Part shown: one piece after another, positions 24,813-39,058 of the stretch
Numbering within the stretch: the stretch's first letter is position 1
How the letters are laid out: each line of letters begins with the position of its first letter
From: Octopus sinensis
Lineage: Eukaryota
Reading direction: 5' to 3'
Assembly (NCBI RefSeq): GCF_006345805.1
Contig: NW_021833419.1
Location: 1 to 64,000, forward strand
DNA: 64,000 nt
Notes under the pieces: model-generated
The model's database searches: none
Seen by the model: the letters and a program-made list of their open reading frames with translations, nothing else
What the model was told of the DNA's origin: nothing
Program-made: the position numbers and the translations under genes

Positions 24813-26141
24813 ACTACACATACATATACTTATCTATCTATCTACTTACCTACCTACCTACCTACCTATCTATCTATCTATCTATCTACCTATCTATCTA
24901 CCTACCTATCTATCCATCTATCGTTCTATCAATCAATCTATCTACCTGTTTGTGCATGCATGCATCTATGCATTTATCAACCGATCTGTCTGTTTATCTA
25001 TCTTTCTATATGTCTGTCTGTCAGTCTGTCTCTCTATATATGTGTGCACGTGCACACATCCGTGCGTATGTATGAAACTATGTATGGATATGCATACACA
25101 TACACACACACTTACCTGTCTGTCTGTCTATCTATCTATCTAACCATCCATCCATCTATCTATCTCACACACACGCAGAGTTATTCTGCATCGTGATGCA
25201 CATTACCAAATGCACAGCACCGTTCTGTTGCCGTTGACATTGAACTGCATGCTATCATTTGCAAAAGGCATTAAACTGCTCTTTCTTGCAGATTGAATGA
25301 CCACGTAGAGCCTTCTACCGACGCCATGTTGATTGTTAATGATAGTCATTCAAGATGGAAACCGACAGTTTTCAAACCGAGGCAAGATTATCGACAAACG
25401 AAACATATCGATTTTCTGTCTAAGTTACACTTGATTATCTTTAAGAAATAGCTTTGATTACTTCATGATTTGTTCGTTGTTGTTGTTGTTGTTGTTGTGG
25501 TTCTTGTTCTTGTTACTGTTGTATGTTTCTTGTAGCTGATGTTATTGTTGTTGTCGTTGCTCTCTCGTTATTGTCCATGGTTTCTTCTTGTTGTTATTGC
25601 AAGTTTTATACATTTATGATGGCGATGAAAATGGTGGCAACGATGATGGTGATGATGATGCTGATGATGATGGTGATGATGATGGTGTTAGTGGTGGTAG
25701 AAATAGTAGTAGTGGTCGTAGTATTTGTATTATTATTATTATTATTATTATTAGTAGTAGTAGTAGTAGAATAACAACAGCAGCAGTAGTGGTGGTAACA
25801 ACAAAGAGAAGGAGGAGGTGAGGAGGAAGATGTGAGGAAGGAAAAGAAAAGGCAAAAGAGAAGAGGGGGAGTAGGAGTAGAGTAAGAGGAAAAGAGAATG
25901 CGAAGGAGGTGGAGGAAGAAGAGGAGAAGAAGAAGAAGAAGAAGAAGAAGTGACCGTTTTATCTTTTTTGGAGTACCAAAAACTACATCATGTCCTGTGT
26001 GTTGTTTCAGATGGTAAGGAGTGATTTGAGGGAGGTTCGGCTACTGTTTCTAGCAAGGTGTTATGTGGAGAGCGGTTGAGAGGGGAAAAGGGAGACGAAA
26101 CGGAAGAGACAAACATGCAGAACCTTAGTTCAAATATGACA

Positions 26142-26191
<50 letters not shown>

Positions 26192-27272
26192 TGTGTGTGT
26201 GTGCATGCATGTGTGCGTTTGTATGTGCGCGTGTGTAGATGAGCGAGAGAGAGAGAGAGAGAAAGAGAGAGTAGACCTTAGTGTTTAGCAACTTATTTCA
26301 TCGACCCCGGAAGGAACGAAAAAGATGAGTAGGGTTCTGCGGAATTCGAACTCAGGATATAAAGGGTTGGTAACTAAACAAGGTACTGCACGTTATCCAA
26401 CGTTTTAAACCACTGTGCCAATCCGTCAACAACGTTATTGAGATGGAGGGTGATGGTGGTAGTGGTGGTGGTGGTGGTGGTGATGATGGTGGTGGTGGTG
26501 GTGGTGGTGGTAGTGGTGTGCATAAAATGAGAGAAAGATGAAGAGAAACATCGATATTGTAAGACTAAGGCCAATATTAAATCAATGTTGATTGAGAGGA
26601 GATGGGAAAATCAAACAGCGAATACACACACACACACACACACATACACACACACATGCGCGTGCAGACAAACGCACACAAGCTCATACATGTACGCATA
26701 CACGTACTACTAACACACTGGTGTATATACACACACATAGACACACACACACACAATTACAAATATACACAGACATGCACGGACACTAATGGAGACATAC
26801 ACACACTAATATGCGCACATAGACAAATACACACATTCAAACACAAACACACACAGACACATGAACAAACGCACACACAAACACACAAACATATACATAC
26901 AAAAGCGCACACACACACACACACACATACATATACCCATACACAACAACACACGTACAAACGCATGAAGATAGACAAACACACAACAATCACACAGAAA
27001 TATATACATATTAATGTAAATGTGCAAATGGATCTTCGCCGGTTTCGACGATGAGTACTGTGCTTTTTTTTATTTTTGAGCGACTGAATTACCTGCTCAT
27101 TGACCTTGTGTTTAAATGGCTAAATATTCCACGGACATGTCTACCATGGATAAAATCAGCGGATGACAAGATGTGACATAGGCCCAGTCTTGCTTCACGC
27201 AACAGACAAGATTGGCTCTTTCAGTTACAGAGACAATCCATCGGACAGGTATTCATACAGTCTTCTTCAAAG

Positions 27273-27393
27273 ACACCTTGGGCAAGTGTCCTCTACTATA
27301 GCCCCGGGCCGAATTTGTGAGTGAATTTGGTAGACGGAAACTGAAAGAAGCACGTCATATATATGTATGTATATATATATGTGTGTGTGTGTG

Positions 27394-27431
<38 letters not shown>

Positions 27432-27620
27432 CTGTGTTTGTCCCCATAACATCGCTTGACAACCGATGCTGGTTTGTTTACGTCCCCGTCACTTAGCGGT
27501 TCGGCAAGAGAGACCGGTAGAATAAGTACTAGACTTACGAAGAATAAGTCCTGGGGTCGATTTGCTCGACTAAAGGCGGTGCTCCAGTATGGCCGCAATC
27601 AAATGATTGAAGCAAATAAA
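27273..27620 (+). mobile_element. CORE-type SINE (family A), 5'-truncated
   Basis: Begins at ACCTTGGGCAAGTG. The rest is collinear with the family. Confidence 0.8.
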
Positions 27621-28475
27621 AAAATAACAGAATACACTCATACACACACAAACGCAATTGTAAGAACGCTCTAAACAGTTAAAATGAGTCAAATTTAATA
27701 ATTTTTTGCTTTTGGTTTTCAGGAGCTTCAAAAGTGGTTGGAAAAAGTTGGTAACAAAAAAAAAAACAACCTAAAAACCCATTGGTACTCAAAATGCTGT
27801 GTAGCAGGATCGAACTCGGAATCAAGAAGTTCCAAAACGTATATTCTTAACCATACAGCTATACCTTACCTTTACAATGGGGACCGAGCCAACAGAGTGA
27901 ATTCAGCTAAATGCCACACATTGACCAGGCGGTGGTGTTAGACAGGGCGATGTTTCAAGTCTACAATTGAAAGTCCAGAGTATAACTCAAACTTTAAACT
28001 CCTGTTGTGAGACCCTGGTTCGGGGGTCCTAGGGTTCTGATGAGTGTAACACCTCCCGGGAGGAGCCTGGCTATAGGTTAATGATTTTTTTATTACCCAC
28101 AAGGGGCGAACAAAGAGGGGACAATTCAACCTGATTTGGGGTCAGATTTACGAATGAATTTACACAGAGGATGAATTTAAAAATTTAACACATAATTACA
28201 AAATACAATAAAATCGGAAAAAATCGAATGACGGGACAGATCGGAAGACATTACGGATGGAGTGGGGACGGGTTTAGCTCGGACCCCACGAGCCCCGCCT
28301 CGCCACTGATACCTGGGTTTCGTCCTGTTTTGCATTTATGCGGTACCATCCATACGCAACATCCCTAACCCTAGCTATAGGTTAAGTAGCATGTAACTAC
28401 CCAAGCCAAGATCCGTTGGATGTGATCTGTTTTGGGGAAAAGAATCTTATCGAATCAATAGCGAATATCACTAGA

Positions 28476-28700
28476 CTAGCACTATGACCCGACGTTGTCG
28501 GGTCTAGTGCTAGTCAAGCATATTTGGTCTTTCATGAATTAAATGGCTTTCAGGGGTAACTGGGAAATGAAAATATCTTCACAACTACCCTTGGACGGTT
28601 TTGAATGACCATAGAAAGCGCGAGCCCTCTAACTGAAAAATTGTGGATTTGTATAAAGGACACACATACAGAGACATTTTGCCGTTTATATATAGAGAGA
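28476..28700 (-). mobile_element. Non-autonomous Helitron
   Basis: Minus strand A|TCTCTCTATATATAAACGGC...CTAG|T, with terminal hairpin CTAGCACTA-GACCCGAC-AAC-GTCGGGTC-ATAGTGCTAG. Confidence 0.8.
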
Positions 28701-29172
28701 TGCTAAGTGAATAAACAGAAACAAAACTGTCAACGGCTATAATCACCTAGTTCAGTTCGTGAACTAGTGGTATCATCTGTAGTAAGAATTTACAAAAAAA
28801 CAAAAAGACGAAGACGGGTGTGTAAACAACAAACAGATGTATTCGTTTAACGCTCATCAGAGATGAGATAACGTGGCAAGCGAAATACCTATGTGGTTAA
28901 ACCCAAGCCAGATGTTTATGCTGCATCACTCAATCCGGCATGGAAGAGTTGCATTGGTCGGGCAAGTCGCCTGACCGGATGATGATGATGATGATAAATG
29001 AAACAAAACACACTGACCACCACCTTTGAAAGGACTTCTAGGAAGTTTACATTTGCCGTGTGTTACCCACAGAGACGACTTGGTTCAGCTGCAGCGGAGG
29101 TTGTGGTAGAGAAAAAAGATAGGAACCTAAAGTGGTTTGTAGTTACGATCGAAAATGAAACCAGGGAGTATA

Positions 29173-29686
29173 CTCTTTTACTCTTTTACTTGTTTCAGTC
29201 ATGTGACTGTGGTCATGCTGGAGCACCGCCTTTAGTCGAGCAAATCGACCCCAGGACTTATTCTTTGTAAGCCTAATACTTATTCTATCGGTCTCTTTTG
29301 CCGAACCGCTAAGTTACGGGGGCGTAAACACACCAGCATCGGTTGTCAAGCGATTTTGTGGCAACAAACACAAACATACATACATACATACATATACATA
29401 TATACGACGAGCTTCTTTCTGTTACGGGGATGTAAACACACCTGCATCGGTTGTCAAGCGATGCTGGGGGGACAAACACAGACACACAAACACACACACA
29501 CACACATATATACATACATATATACGACGGGCTTCTTTCAGTTTCCGTCTACCAAATCCACTCACAAGACTTTGGTCGGCCCGAGGCTATAATAGAAGAC
29601 ACTTGCCCAAGGTGCCACGCAGTGGGACTGAACACGGAACCATGTGGTTGGTAAGCAAGCTACTTACCACACAGCCACTCCTACGC
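29173..29686 (-). mobile_element. CORE-type SINE (family A) with an internal partial duplication
   Basis: The segment GTTACGGGG...TATACGACG(A/G)GCTTCTTTC occurs twice (about 29313-29420 and 29422-29540). Confidence 0.85.
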
Positions 29687-30052
29687 ACACTCCTTAAGCA
29701 CACAACAATATTGAGCGAATACGAGAGCGTAACAAACATGGAGGTTGAAGTCGATGAAACTGGAGTTGGTTTGGAATGGATAAAGATATAAACAAAAATA
29801 AAATGGAGGAAAAAGCCAAGAAAAAAGACAACAAATAAAATAAAATAACGAAAACAAAAAACAAAAACAAAACTTAGCAAAATAAATCAAAGTAAACTAA
29901 AAACAATTGTGTGTGTATGTGTTTGTGTGTATAAAAATTAAAGAACTACGAATCAAAAAGAAGGCAACAGGAAAATAAATATAAGGATGGCTGGTGTATA
30001 AATACATATGTAATAGATAGCTAGATAAACGATTCTACGTATAGTGTGTGGG

Positions 30053-30132
<80 letters not shown>

Positions 30133-30133
30133 A

Positions 30134-30164
<31 letters not shown>

Positions 30165-30580
30165 TGTGTGTGTGTGAGTGCGCGCGCGCGTTCGATATAT
30201 ATATATATATATACATACATACATACACCACACACACACACACATATATGCATATGTTTACATAAAACAGGTATATACGTGTATATATATATATATATAT
30301 AATATCTAGAGACACACGAACACACACACGCTCAAACACACACAAACGTACATACATACATACATACATACATACATACATACGTACATACATACGTGCA
30401 TCCATGTGTCTGCATGTGCGAGTGAGTGTGTGCTGAAAAAATAGACACACACCACACACACTCACACACACAGGTATGTGTACGTGTGTGTGCTTGCAGT
30501 TTTCAGCAATTTTATATTGAAATGCTCACGTCTGTTAGAGTATATATTCATAACTGTACACACATAAATGCAGGCATTAT

Positions 30581-30614
<34 letters not shown>

Positions 30615-30618
30615 ATAT

Positions 30619-30649
<31 letters not shown>

Positions 30650-30998
30650 GTATACTATATATGTATATATATGTGTATACATATATATGTATATATATGT
30701 ATACATATATATGTATATATATGTATACATATATATGTATATATATATATATATATATGTATACATATATATGTATATATATATATGTATACATATATAT
30801 GTATATATATATATGTATACATATATATTATATATATATATATTATATATATATATATGTCTGCGTATATCTGTACACACATGAACATACACACATATAT
30901 GTATGTATAAATACAGAAACATACTAGCATTCATCCATCCAGCACACATATGAGACAACGCACTCACACACATAGTCACGCGCGCGCTCACACGCACA

Positions 30999-31038
<40 letters not shown>

Positions 31039-31850
31039 AGCACACACTTGTACAACACATCACATGCACATGCAGGAATAGAGCGTGTACACAGATGTTT
31101 GCCCGTAAACATTTCCATAGGAATTTTAAACAGATCGATCACAGGAATATATTTGCATCTAAAAGGTTTTATGGGAGCCTCTTGGGACTATAATATCAGA
31201 AGTCTATTTGCTATTCAGCTGCGCTTTATTTAAGGCAATACATTTTCATGATTCCCCAGAGTCACGCTCAGTTGATTCAATAACCGTGTCGATCAGTCAG
31301 TGCCAAGGGGGTTGCAGGTTCGCATCCTGTGACTGTTACTACAATGTGTATACATACATCTGGGAGATATATTTAACACTCGATGGCTCCTTGCAAACAT
31401 CTCCGGCTAAGTTCCATAGGGTGGCACAATTTAAGGTAGAAGCAGCAGTGGCCAGAGTAGCAGCAACTGACGATTGTTCTTTTCGCATGTTCCAGTTTGT
31501 CATTTAGCCCCGGGTCAATGCTGGTCAATCAGGTCCTTGATCAAAAGCCTTCCATTTGTAACCCCACCGCCTTTTCCCTGTGTACAAGAAACCCATGATC
31601 AAGGCTCCCAGTTTCTTTTCTGTGACGTTGGTGTATGATTTGAGGGCTATTTCACTGCTATTTTCAGCATGTGAACGACCACGTAGAGGCTGCAGCATTG
31701 TCTCGGTTTCCATGGTGAATTTAAATGGTCCGAGGATGGGGGGGGGGGTGATTTCAAATAGTCTCGTGGCGGAGGGTAAGATCGAATGTTTATATGGAAG
31801 TAAAAGTAACATACTGTAGTAGACCAGTGTCACATTAATGTAGCTTTTTT

Positions 31851-32217
31851 AGAAGAAGACGAAAAAGAAGTGGGAAGAAGAAGAGGAAGAGGGGAAGAGG
31901 AAGAGAAGTAGGAGGAGGAGAAGGAGAAGAAGTAAGAGAAGAAGGAAGAGGAGGAGGAGAAGGTGAGAGGAGTAGCAGAAGGGGGGAGGAGAAGGAGATG
32001 AAGAAGGAGGAGAGGAAGGAGAAGGAGGAGGAAGAGAGGAACAGGAGGAGGAGAAGAAGGAGATGAAGAAGGAGGAGAGGAAGGAGAAGAGGGAGGAGGA
32101 GAAGAAGAAGGAGAAGAAGGAGGAGGAGGGGAGGAGAAGAAGAAGGAGGAGGGGAGATGGAGAAGAATAATGAGAAGAAGGGGAGGAGGAGGAGGAGGAG
32201 AAGAACAACAACAACAA
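31851..32217. repeat. Polypurine (GAG/GAA)n low-complexity tract
   Basis: Directly visible. It explains the poly-L/S ORFs. Confidence 0.9.
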
Positions 32218-32539
32218 TGGTTTCAAATTTTGGCTCAAAGCCAGTAATTTTATTGACCCTGAAATAATGAAAGGCAAAGTCGACCTCGGCGGTATTTGAA
32301 CTCAGAACATAAAGACGGGCGAAATGTCTCTGAACCATTGTCCAGAGTGCCAAAGATCCTACCCGCTTGCTGCTTTAATAATAATAGTAATAGTAACGAT
32401 TTCTTTTATTAGTGACAGGGACATGGATGAGAGGGACACGGCAAGGACAGACAACAATTTGTGTGGGGGGAGGGGCTTGACATAAAAGATATGGGAGGAA
32501 GAAATGGAAAAGACAGGGAAATCTGATAAGAATATACGA

Positions 32540-32943
32540 AGGCGTAGAAGTGGCTGTTGTGGTAAGTAGCTTGCTTACCAACCACATGGTTCCGGGTTCA
32601 GTCCCACTGCGTGGCACCTTGGGAAAGTGTGTTCTACTACAGCCTCGGGTCGACTAAAGCCTTGTGAGTGGATTTGGTAGACGGAAACTGAAAGAAGCCC
32701 GTCGTATATATGTATATATATGTGCGTGTGTGTGTGTGTGTGTGTTTGCCCCCCCCCCAACATCGCTTGACAACCGATGCTGGTGTGTTTACGTCGCCGT
32801 AACTTCGCGGTTCGGCAAAAGAGACCAATAGAATAAGTACTAGGCTTACAAAGAATAAGTCCTGGGGTCGATTTGCTCGACTAAAGGCTGTGCTCCAGCA
32901 TGGCCACAGTCAAATGAAGGAAACAAGTAAAAGAGTAAAAGAG
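32540..32943 (+). mobile_element. CORE-type SINE (family A)
   Basis: Full length, with tail GTAAAAGAGTAAAAGAG. Confidence 0.85.
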
Positions 32944-32959
32944 GTGTGTGGTAACACGA

Positions 32960-33656
32960 GTGAAGCAGTCCTCCTCATACAGGGGATACTCCAACAGGGG
33001 CAAATCAAGGAACGTCGCAGGACAGGATTACCCTGACCTCCAAAGGTACGAGCCCTGTCTCATGTCCTCCAACCCACATGTGTATATACAGAGTAGGGCT
33101 ATTCACTCTAACCCTTTTTATCACAATCACCCTTCTTCTCACGAATTCACTGGTAGGTCGCCCTTTCACACTCACTTTCCTTTCCAAGTGGGACTTAAAA
33201 AGGTCGATATGAGCTTGACCGAAGAGGAAGGTGTTTTTCCTTAATCCTTTCAACCTCGTCGACTACACAACCCCTTTCGCTATAGCCACTGGGCAGAGAA
33301 ACACCGCCTGTCCTGCTTTGTTAAAAGTAGATGGTGGGACGATCTCCTTACGATGGACTCGGTCGATGGTCGGATTCATCCCACACGCGATAACAGCTAT
33401 TCGGCATAACTTCATATGTCAGCAATGCTTGGACACTGCGCAACAGCATGTAGAACGGTCTCGTCACTCTGCATGCATTCGGAGAACCCTGCCTGGTGCC
33501 TCTTCCCGTGCCCGTAGAGTTTATCCCCAACTGGCAGTGCTCCTCGGTAGCACTTCCAGGCCATGTATTTCTGGGACTTATCCATGGTCGCACTAGACCA
33601 GAAAATCCTCCAAATTAGACCAGAACCGCCTAGAGTTTCCCCGAGAACGTCATCGT
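32960..33656 (-). pseudogene. Decayed 3' fragment of a Tx1-like ORF2
   Basis: KGLRKNTFLFGQAHIDLFKSHLERKV aligns with KRLKSDTFLFGQGLINFFKFHLKRKM of ORF 43999-46335. The DNA GCCTAGAGTTTCCCCGAGAACGTC is shared with ~44569. Confidence 0.8.
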
Positions 33657-33711
33657 TCTATATATAGGCGTAGTTATGGCTGTGTGGTAAGTAGCTTGTT
33701 TACCAACCACA

Positions 33712-36535
33712 GAGTTTACGAAAAAAAAAAACAAAAGACGAAGACAGGTGGTGTACAAAACAAACAGATGTATTAGTATAACGCTCAGGAATAGAAAAAG
33801 TCTTTTACGTTTCGAGCCTACGCTCTTTTACAGAAAAAATGTGTGTAGTGGCTAACGATCTATCATGGCGACTGATTCGGACAGAAGGGTCACACACGAG
33901 AGGGCAAGTACGGGAGATAACAGAGTAAAGATGACCCCCAACACGAAGGTGCGTGTGTGTATAAGAGAGTATGTATGTGCGTGTGAAAGAGGGCTGGTGG
34001 TCTGGACGTGTGCGTGTATGTATGTGTAGGTGTGAAAATGTGGGGATGGGTGTGTGGGTGGTGTGTTGTGATGTGATGTGTAATGTTGTATGGTGTAGTG
34101 TGATGTGGTGTGATGTTGTTAGGAGGTGGGGGAGGCGAGAGTGGGGAAAGCACGGGTGGGGGTGGGGGTTCGGCTGAGGGTTGGGGTAGAGTTTGGATTT
34201 GTGGGTAAGCAGAGGGTGGAGTATGTGGGAGAGGGTGTATGGGATAGGATGGGGGGATGGGAAGGATAGGGAAGGTGGAGTAGGAATGTGTAGGGGTGGG
34301 TGGGCTTATGGGGGAGGGAAAGGTGGGTATGTGAGGAGAGAAGAGAGAAAGAGAGGGTGAAAGAGTAAGAGAGAAGAGAGAAAGTGAATAAGAGAGAGAG
34401 AGAAAGAAGGAAGAGAGAAAGAGGGAAGAGAGAAAGAGAGTAAGAGAGAAGAGAGAAGAGAGAAAGAGAGAAAGAGAGAAGAGGGAAAGAAGGGAGAGAG
34501 AAAGAGAGTAAGGGAGAAGAAGGAAAGAATAGGGGTGAAGAGAAGTAGGAGTCGGGGAGAAGGTTAGATGAAGACGGGAGGAGAGTTGAGCCCAAATGGC
34601 GTAAAAGAGCGAAGAGAGAAGATTAATCCCTGTTCACGGCGCAAACGGGAGTCCGGATGGACTCTGTGCAAGAACAATCCGAACACAGACAGTTGTTGCA
34701 AGGAGTGACCGGTGGAGCGCAAACGGCGTGAGACCGGGGTGTCATTGCCGATGCGGATGTCTCGGAGGTGTTCCGCGAACCGGTCAGCCAAGCGGCGTCC
34801 CGTTTGTCCGATGTACAGAGAATGGCAGAGAGAGCAGGAGATGCAATAGATGATATTGCTGGAGGTGCAGGTGAAGGAGTCGGTGATGCGATAGGGTCGA
34901 TGATGGGTGCCGGTGAAGACGGTGGTGTTGGAGAGGTAAGAGCAAGTGCGGCAGCGTGGGCGGGAGCAAGGGAACGAGCCAGGTTAGGAGGCAGGGCTGG
35001 GGAAGAAGCTGTGGATCAAGAGGTCTCGTAGGTTGTGGGCTCGTCTGAAGGAGGGGAGGGGTCGGTTAGGGAAGATGTGTGAAGTGGACGGGTCGGACTG
35101 GAGATGCCGGAAAGCTCGGAGAATGGTGCGTTGGAGATGTAGGGTGGTAGGTGAGGGGATAAGGGAGGCGGGAGACTGCAGGGCGGGTTCGGGGGGGGGC
35201 AGATGCACGGTCCACGGAACGTGCTCTGGCAAGGGCGGTGTGGATAGTGGTGAGGGGATATCCACGTAGGATGAAGTGGCGAGCCATGAGTTGAGACTGA
35301 GTCTCAAAGTCATGGTCGTCACTACAGAGCCTGCGTAGACGGAGGAATTGGGAATAGGGGATGGAAAGCTTGGTGTGTTTGGGGTGGGAGGGGGTGGTAA
35401 GAGTGGAGTGACGAATGCTGACCGAATTGTCAAGAGAGGAGACAGATGTGTCAGAGATAGTGCAGGAAAAGTGGAGGGCAGGATGGAAAGATTTGACGAA
35501 AGAGAGGAAGGAGTCTAGATGTTAGCGGGAGAGTGAGGTGGCACCGATACAGTCGTCAATATAACGGCCATATAGTTCGAGAGTGGGACCAGTGAAATTG
35601 GAGAATATTTGGGCCTCAACATAGCCAACGAACAGGTTTGCATCGTTGGGGTCCATTCTCGTTCCCGTGGCCACTCCCGAGTTTGCTAGTAGAACTTGCC
35701 CACGAACGAGAAGCAGTTGAGTGAGAGGACAAGTTCGACCAGACGAACGGGTGTGGAGGTGTCGGGTTGGGGATTGGGTCGGAGGTCCAGGAAGTGTTTC
35801 AGTGCACGCAGTCCCTCGTGGTGAGGGATCACAGTGTAGAGGCTCTGGATGTCCAGTGTAAAGAGAAGTTTGGAGAAGCCAGGAGGGAAGGAGAAAGAGT
35901 TGAATAGACGAAGAGCATGGTTGGTGTCATGGATGTGAGAAGGAAGAGAAGCCACTAGGGGGCAAGGACACGGTCGAGATATTTGGAGATAAGCTCGGTG
36001 GGGCAGTTACAGGCGGAGACGATGGAGCGGCCAGGGTTGTTGGGTTTGTGGATTTTGGGGAAGAAGTAAATGGTGGGGTGCGGGGGTTCGGACAATGAGG
36101 TTGGATGCAGTGTGGGGGAGATGGGAGGAAGAGATGAGGTCATGGATGGTAGAGGAGACCGTCTGTTGGTAGCTGGGCGTGGGGGAAGAGGGAAGTAGAA
36201 GGAGGTGTCATGGAGTTGGCGGAGAGCTTCGGCCTTGTAGAGGTCCACGCGCCATACCACCACTGTTCCACCCTTGTCGGCCGGTTTTAATAACGATGTC
36301 AGTGCGCCGTCGGAGGGAACGAAGAGCCGAGAGTTCGGCTGGGGAGATGTTGAGACGACTGGGACGCCTGGAGAAGTCAAACCGGTCCACAGCGCGCTGG
36401 CAGGCGCCCGCAAAAAGATCCACTGCTTGGAACTGGCCAGGAGCAGGCGTCCACTCGGATGGTCGGCGGCCCAGATCAGTGAAGCAGTCCTCCTCGTTTG
36501 ATGCGGGTGGAGTGTCGCGGAAAAGCGCACACAAC
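33712..36535 (-). mobile_element. Penelope-like retroelement (RT plus GIY-YIG endonuclease), frameshifted and 5'-truncated, with 3' UTR/pseudo-LTR
   Basis: Motifs in order: KPADKGG, PKIHKPNNPGRSIVS, FTLDIQSLYTVIPH, GRYIDD (~35552-35569), NIIYCISC...LYIGQTGRRLADRFAEH, and C-terminal PFGLN. Stop at 34564, then a CT-rich UTR and a hammerhead-like tail. Confidence 0.9.
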
Positions 36536-36864
36536 CTAACGTGCGTAATTAAACCAACAGCACCTAGTCGAACAAACACTTCCGCGCATGCGTAATACAA
36601 TAATAGCGATGTTCTTAACTGTTATATGAGAATGTAAATATGTTTGCAAATTGTTTTTGTTACATGTTATTGTGTTCTGAATACTTTTATTTTAATAAAT
36701 GTTGCCTACTGCAAGTTATGGATGATTCTTTTATGACTTCATTGCTTTCAGGCTTAGCTTAAGGTATTTTCGCGCCCGACATCAAAAAATGCGTCTGAAT
36801 AAAATTGCCGGACAGCAAATAGAAACTCAGACATTGCTTAGAAAATATTTTTCATTGTATCCTC

Positions 36865-36940
36865 GTGTATAGTACGCACTAGGGATTTTGACCTTTAAAT
36901 TTTGGGGAAAAAATGCGGATTATACTCGAGGATTTACGGT
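36865..36940. mobile_element. Tc1/mariner (pogo/Tigger-like) terminal inverted repeat remnant
   Basis: Reverse complement reads TA|CCGTAAATCCTCGAGTATAATCCGCA, typical of pogo-like TIRs. No partner TIR was found. Confidence 0.45.
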
Positions 36941-37066
36941 AAGTCGATCACATAACCAGAACTTCAACTGCTGTACAAACTGGAATTTTGGTGGCACACA
37001 TATTTGATCACCGAGGATGCATGGCTATTAGTGTGAGTCATCCTGACGAAAACTTATATATATATA

Positions 37067-37104
<38 letters not shown>

Positions 37105-37165
37105 TTAACAGAATGAGATTAAAAAACCAAGGCTGTGAAAGATTTCAGAACATTTATAAATAGAA

Positions 37166-37242
37166 GGTATTACATCTGTCCTTGTTTGTCTCCTCTGTGT
37201 TTAGCCCCTTGTGGGTTGTAAAGAAATAGGTATTACATCTGT
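37166..37242 (+). mobile_element. Very short 3' tail of SINE family B with ~15-bp TSD
   Basis: AGGTATTACATCTGT flanks CCTTGTTTGTCTCCTCTGTGTTTAGCCCCTTGTGGGTTGTAAAGAAAT on both sides. Confidence 0.8.
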
Positions 37243-38040
37243 GTCCGGGATATTTTATATATCCCTTCCTCGGAGACGGTGTGAGAAAATGGTTAAGCAA
37301 TAGTTATTCTAGATGAGATATGAAACAGAGAGTGAAGTGGAGGAATGAAAATAGACGTGAGATATGTAGGGATATTGTATCTTCAGTTCCAGTGTTTAGG
37401 CAGAATGGTATACATATATGATTCCAGTACCTTGTGAGTAAGTTCCAATAGTACTTCAAATTGGTCATTCCAGGCATAGAGTTTGTAAACGGTGTTAATG
37501 AATCGAGGGTTATATATATATGTGTGTGTGTGTGTATGTGTGTGTGTGTGTGTGTGTGCGTGTATTTATGTATGTATGTATACGTGTGTGTGTATATATA
37601 TGTGTATATATATATATATGTATATGTATATTTATGTATGTATATATATATGTGTGTGTGTGTGTATGTGTGTATGTTTGTGTTTTTGCGCTCACCACCG
37701 CTTGACAACCGGTGTAGGTGTGTTTACGTCCTTATAACCAGCGGTTCGGCAAAATAGACCGATAAAATAAGTATCAGATTTCAAAAAAGATATGTACTGG
37801 AATCGAGTCATTCGACTGTAAAATGTGACCTTTAATTATAATCTTATGATCCTTAATTATAATCTTACAGTGATATCAACTAGATTTTCATTTCGAAAGA
37901 AATAGCGTGAAACATCCTTTCTATTACACTATTTCTAAGGGGAATAACTCTAATAGTCGATGGTTATTTCACTAAGGGAGAGTACTCTTGATAGTTTAAT
38001 GCATTTCTTTTTTGTTTTATAAGTTGATTATAGAAATACG

Positions 38041-38098
<58 letters not shown>

Positions 38099-38576
38099 AG
38101 TGTGTGTGTATGTGTGTGTGTGTATGTGTCTGTGTGTGTATAAGAAAACTATTGTAATTCATTGTTTGCATAGTTTCGTACGCAGGGGAGATAACATAAA
38201 CAAATTTTTTTTTTAATTGTCTCCCTTACACTACTAAACTATATTTTACTTGGCGCTTTCGTATCCAGATGATTCCTTCAATAAATATGCAGAGAAATTA
38301 TTTTCCTTCCGTCTTCTTATATTACTTTTATATTCTTCTATTAATTTACTGGTCTGAGTCATCACACCACAGTCATGCTGGGATATCAATTTTAAGGCTT
38401 TCGTGGATATCACTTAGCATTCACTATCATTAGAATCGTACGGTCGCGCGATTTATACGTAAACAAAAATTGCGTACGTACATGCACACATACATATAGA
38501 GGGATACATATACATAAGCATATGCTTATATACATATATGCACATACATACATACATACATACATACATACATACA

Positions 38577-38611
<35 letters not shown>

Positions 38612-38819
38612 TCACACACACACACACGGGTGAGCATTTCAGTGCGAAACGAGGTGGAAAAGATAGTACTCGAATGCCAAAGGTAGAGTAATGTACTTTT
38701 TACTAAAGCCGCAAAGTTCTCACTCAGAGTTTCACGTTCCCGTTCGTCGGACAGTTGTGATAAATACTTATCACAGCTTTTCTATATATATATATATATA
38801 CACACATACATACATGCAT

Positions 38820-38873
<54 letters not shown>

Positions 38874-38996
38874 TATATATACATACATAAAGATAGACAC
38901 ATACATACACATATATATACATTCATATATACATATATATATACACATTCATATATACATATATATATATAATTTACATACATATATATACACATA

Positions 38997-39058
<62 letters not shown>

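Noticed and set aside
28998-29791. Reading frame apparently continuing across a SINE (NETREY|TLLKHTT)
   Set aside because: No recognisable homology. It could be a decayed transposon ORF or chance.
30021-31069. Numerous Y/I/C/V/H/T-rich ORFs here and throughout the window
   Set aside because: They are translations of (TA)n, (TG)n and (TATG)n microsatellites.
32959-36495. 18-bp direct repeat AGTGAAGCAGTCCTCCTC at ~32959 and ~36478 as a TSD
   Set aside because: One copy lies inside the PLE reading frame, and the enclosed DNA comprises unrelated elements. It is probably chance, though not tested.
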